A stretch of DNA of 64,000 nucleotides from a virus. Its lineage: Duplodnaviria; Caudoviricetes. The DNA lies in the IMG/VR virus record IMGVR_UViG_3300035501_000922, one strand, 5' to 3'. The position numbers and the translations under genes were made by a program. Positions 62,001-64,000 of this stretch are shown one piece after another (position 1 is the stretch's first letter; every line of letters begins with the position of its first letter). Under the pieces are notes generated by a model. The model saw nothing but the letters and a program-made list of their open reading frames with translations, was not told the origin of the DNA and searched no databases.

Positions 62001-62966
62001 TTATTCAGTAGTTGCATCAACACTATCTTCTACATCTGATAAATCCTCAGATTCACTAGGTGTGGTAACTGGCTCTTCAGAAGATTCCTCTGTAGTTTCA
62101 GTTTCAGTAGTTTCTTCTACTGAATCAGTATTTTCCTCTGTGGAAGATTCATTGTTATCACTCGTATCAGGTGTACTAACTTCATCTGTTGTTTCAGTCT
62201 GATTATCAGAAGTCTCACCAGACTCACTATTACCAGTTTCTTCAACAGTTTCCTCAGATTCCTCTACACCATACTTCTTGAAGTCAATATCAATAGCCTG
62301 AGCTTCTTCAGCAGTAGTTGCAGTTCTGATAAGAATCTCATTATGCTGCTGATAGGTAACAATCGGCTTAACATAATTAAGCATCTGAAGATACAATGCC
62401 ACAAGCTCCTCAAATGTGTAAGGAGTACATTCTTCGCCAGTTTCATTCCACGATAAAGGAACCGTAACTCCTATAGCCTGTGCATATGTATATGCATTAA
62501 GCATACCAGTTAACTGATTCTGTTTATCTGATGTAACAGTGTATGTTTTGCCATCAATAACCATGGGGTTATTAAATAAATAATCTTCAAGGTTCTTCTT
62601 ATTCTTTCTAATAAGATAATCCTTAAGCTCATCAAGAGTAAGCTGAGATTCATCAACGTCATACGTTAATTCAGCAATCTCATTCTTAAGTCTCTTAATT
62701 TCTTCTTCCGAAGAAAGGGGAGGATAAACTCTCTCACCGGTTGTATTATCGCAGATAATACCTTTATCGGGGTCGTATACCATAAAGAGCTTAACATCAT
62801 CACTTACAGGAAGTGCATATGCACAGCCTGTGTTCTTTCTAAAATCTTCAAGAGAATATTCACTGGAGACATCAACGATCTGCGTAACTTCAAGTTGATA
62901 GTATGACTCCTTATCGGGAACATTACTCATATCATAAAAAATTGATTTAATTAAAGCACCTTTCAT
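62001..62966 (-). CDS. Tail fibre-associated protein (DUF4376-like) with acidic disordered tail
   Basis: YTVTSDKQ..L, WN..G..C..YTFEEL..L, I..ATT.EE..AIDI; E/T/S-rich C-terminus. Confidence 0.6.
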   Translation of the reverse strand: MKGALIKSIFYDMSNVPDKESYYQLEVTQIVDVSSEYSLEDFRKNTGCAYALPVSDDVKLFMVYDPDKGIICDNTTGERVYPPLSSEEEIKRLKNEIAELTYDVDESQLTLDELKDYLIRKNKKNLEDYLFNNPMVIDGKTYTVTSDKQNQLTGMLNAYTYAQAIGVTVPLSWNETGEECTPYTFEELVALYLQMLNYVKPIVTYQQHNEILIRTATTAEEAQAIDIDFKKYGVEESEETVEETGNSESGETSDNQTETTDEVSTPDTSDNNESSTEENTDSVEETTETETTEESSEEPVTTPSESEDLSDVEDSVDATTE

Positions 62967-63026
62967 TATATAAACCTTCTTTCTCAAAATTAAATTGTGT
63001 TTAAGTTATTGATTTAAAATATTGTC

Positions 63027-64000
63027 TTATTTTTCTTTATCAAGCAATTTATTCACAAGTTCTTTTAATTGCTCAACTTCATTTTTCAATGATTCAATTT
63101 CTTTATCTTTGCGTTGTGATTCCATTACAAGCATTTGTGTAATGGCACGGTCTTTATAGTTATCAACTCGACCTGTTGGTTTTTCACCAATAGCTTGGTT
63201 ATTATCATCGTATATTGGTTCATACTCATAGTATGTTGCAATGGGTGATAGTTCTTCCACATCTTCAGCTATCATACCAAGTTCAGTAACACCTAGATTA
63301 TTTTTATATTCAAATTCTACGGTTTTAAGATTCATTAAAACTGAGTGATACTGCTCTTTATCTACATTATAATTTATATTGGTTTTAGTTCGACGTGATG
63401 AAGAAGATTTACCAATTTGACCAGCAGACGATACATACAAAGGAGAACCAGATACACTGTTACTGTATGCATATGCATTAATTACTTTGCCACTTAATGT
63501 TATGGAAGTTGGAGCAGTAAGTGTCATAGTAGTAGAGGTCATTGCTATAGATGTACTAGCACATGTCAATGTTAGTGAAGTACTATTTGATGCACCTGTT
63601 ATTGAAACTCCTGATGAATAGGAATCAAAATATATACTACCCTGTATCGATTTACTAATACTTACATATCCCCCTGCAGGATATATTGTTAATACAGGTG
63701 GAGCACCAGTGTTAAATTGAATATATGCCTCTTGTTCAGCATTACCACTACCGTATACACCTCTAATACTTATCTTTTTACTTGTAAGGGTCGTATTATT
63801 ATAATCATCAGAATCAAAACTTAGAGATAGTCCATCATAAGAATGAGTTATTTCTAATTGGCCATCATTATCATTCGATGCCGATGTTATTTGATATACT
63901 TTCGATTTTATATTACTATATGTTGAAGTTATGTTACTATATCGTGTTGCACCAGATCCAGAATACGTACTTCCTAAGCATATTGTAGATACTGAATCTG
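63027..64000 (-). CDS. Tail fibre/spike with C-terminal intramolecular chaperone (peptidase S74), 5'-partial
   Basis: Frame open to window end; SSRRTKTNI, FEYK, GMIAEDVE, terminal coiled coil. Confidence 0.85.
   Translation of the reverse strand, partial: DSVSTICLGSTYSGSGATRYSNITSTYSNIKSKVYQITSASNDNDGQLEITHSYDGLSLSFDSDDYNNTTLTSKKISIRGVYGSGNAEQEAYIQFNTGAPPVLTIYPAGGYVSISKSIQGSIYFDSYSSGVSITGASNSTSLTLTCASTSIAMTSTTMTLTAPTSITLSGKVINAYAYSNSVSGSPLYVSSAGQIGKSSSSRRTKTNINYNVDKEQYHSVLMNLKTVEFEYKNNLGVTELGMIAEDVEELSPIATYYEYEPIYDDNNQAIGEKPTGRVDNYKDRAITQMLVMESQRKDKEIESLKNEVEQLKELVNKLLDKEK

Noticed and set aside
1-64000. Stop-codon reassignment as seen in some gut jumbo phages
   Set aside because: Coding density is high in code 11; TAA, TGA and TAG all end genes at sensible positions.
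59523-64000. Diversity-generating retroelement or invertase acting on tail fibres
   Set aside because: No reverse transcriptase, recombinase or template/variable repeat pair is visible in the window.
1-64000. tRNA genes, phage nucleus shell (chimallin) or tubulin genes
   Set aside because: No cloverleaf or recognisable motifs seen; the hypothetical ORFs cannot be excluded without profile searches.

Overview
AT-rich (roughly 30% GC by eye) segment of a jumbo myophage of the phiKZ/AR9/PBS1-related kind, probably infecting a Firmicute (strong AGGAGG RBSs, standard genetic code). It carries a type IIA topoisomerase (gyrB/gyrA-like), major capsid, terminase, tail sheath and tube, portal, a split family-B DNA polymerase, DnaB helicase, beta' subunits of two multisubunit RNA polymerases, an SbcC-like ATPase, guanylate kinase and tail-fibre genes. 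Three ORFs that look truncated in the ORF track (gyrB, helicase, one RNAP beta') are each interrupted by a related ORF-less group I intron. I could place the splice sites from P1/P10 pairing. The RNAP intron appears to end in A instead of the near-universal omega-G. Two promoter classes are readable: late AACA-N6-TA (the AR9 nvRNAP consensus) and early TTATAYATTAT. The early motif drives a dispersed set of hairpin-bounded accessory cassettes with shared leaders, one of which holds only a 13-codon ORF or small RNA. All calls come from motif recognition by eye; no searches were run.
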